Source: a virus (lineage: Duplodnaviria > Heunggongvirae > Uroviricota > Caudoviricetes). From it: a stretch of DNA of 13,408 nucleotides. Location of the stretch: IMG/VR virus record IMGVR_UViG_2700989274_000003; one strand, written 5' to 3'. The notes beneath the pieces were generated by a model. It was given only the letters and a program-made list of their open reading frames with translations. It ran no database searches and was not told the DNA's origin. Positions 12,812 through 13,408 of the stretch are shown piece by piece (positions within the stretch are counted from its first letter, which is position 1; each line of letters opens with the position of its first letter). The position numbers were made by a program, and so were the translations under genes.

Positions 12812-13001
12812 AAGGCAACGGGATGAACGCTGGCTGGATAGCCGTGGTTTTCTGGGTAAGCAGGCGAATCCATTTGTGGACGAGGTTGGCATTGAGGCTG
12901 TAGCCCAAGGCGATGTTTGCGATGGAGGCACCGGGTTCAGAACACTCCTGAATGACCTGGGCCTTGAAAGATTTGCTGTAGGTACGGCGCTGAGGGCGCA
13001 T
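12812..13001 (-). pseudogene. IS66-family TnpA (orf1, HTH) N-terminal fragment
   Basis: MRPQRRTYSKSFKAQVIQECSEPGASIANIALGYSLNANLVHKWIRLLTQK...PAFIPLP, in a different frame from the TnpC fragment. tnpB and most of tnpC are absent. Confidence 0.45.
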
Positions 13002-13184
13002 GGAAAATCCGCTTGATGGGCCATGGCCTTCGGCGGCGGTGTCGGGAAGGTGTGTTGGCCGGACGGATACTGTTGAACTACGTTGTCTGGGGCAACGGAA
13101 GTGTTTCGGCCCGACTCTGGAACGCGATCCGCAGCGACGACTGGGCAATTCCGCACGTTGGCCTGAGCAGCCTCGGGGAAATCG

Positions 13185-13206
13185 TCGTCTGGGCGCGCCC
13201 AGACGA
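13185..13206. repeat. Perfect 22-bp palindrome TCGTCTGGGCGCGCCCAGACGA
   Basis: Seen directly in the sequence. GC-rich, with no T tract after it. Confidence 0.8.
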
Positions 13207-13408
13207 GTTTCCGCCAAGGAACATGCAGACAAGCAAGGGGCTGCGGGCACTCGGCTACAACGTGAGGATCGGTGTTTGATCGAGGCGCCTGTGGCACACG
13301 CAGGCTGAGGAGCCAGGCGCTGTCCATTGCCTGATCAGGCCGCCCCCCTGTGCCTTGCCTGAGCAGTTGACCTGCATCAATGGGGCGGGAGAACGCTGCA
13401 CATTGCAC

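Larger units (their letters stand above)
12599..13001 (-). mobile_element. IS66-family insertion sequence remnant (internally deleted; left boundary not identified)
   Basis: TnpA-like N-terminal fragment and TnpC-like C-terminal fragment on the minus strand. A GTAAGC-initiated motif at 12599 (GTAAGCATGCGGG) lies 30 bp beyond the tnpC stop, consistent with an IS66-type terminal repeat. No matching opposite repeat was found in the window. Confidence 0.45.

Noticed and set aside
12527-13308. Plus-strand ORFs 12527..12826, 12762..13016, 13000..13308 and 13013..13279 in the GC-rich segment
   Set aside because: High GC content inflates ORF length. They are antisense to the IS66 fragments or created by the palindrome at 13185-13206. 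No RBS support.
12629-13408. 259-aa minus-strand ORF taken as a single protein
   Set aside because: Only the last 50 or so residues resemble a transposase C-terminus. The remainder is Pro/Ser/Ala-rich and overlaps the TnpA-like frame. Interpreted as an IS remnant, not an intact gene.
1-13408. tRNA, rRNA, or att site at the integrase-proximal edge
   Set aside because: No cloverleaf-compatible or rRNA-like sequence was seen by eye. The integrase stop is at position 2, so any attL/tRNA target lies outside the window. A tRNAscan-type search would settle this.

Overview
This window reads as a mosaic lambdoid (Rac/Qin-like) enterobacterial prophage, followed after a 10-N gap by GC-rich DNA carrying an IS66-family remnant. 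All homology calls are from reading the sequence and memory of protein families; no database search or folding was run. Left arm, minus strand: tyrosine integrase, putative excisionase, and a large exonuclease with a C-terminal DEDDh 3'-5' exonuclease domain, then small early-left genes. Immunity region: a cI-like HTH/S24 repressor (apparently leaderless) divergent from Cro/YdaS-like and YdaT-like genes. Right arm, plus strand: a replication initiator with two intragenic iteron arrays, a run of small overlapping genes (two very acidic, one with a frame discontinuity at twin A AAA AAG heptamers), an AT-rich island with a 2-TM mini-protein, an apparently complete hok/mok/sok-type type I toxin locus, rem-like and ydfU-like (DUF968) genes, and the first 16 codons of a Q antiterminator cut off by the gap. 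The most interesting candidates are the intact hok locus, the iteron architecture, the twin slippery heptamers, and the acidic small-protein operon. No tRNA, rRNA or CRISPR array was seen.
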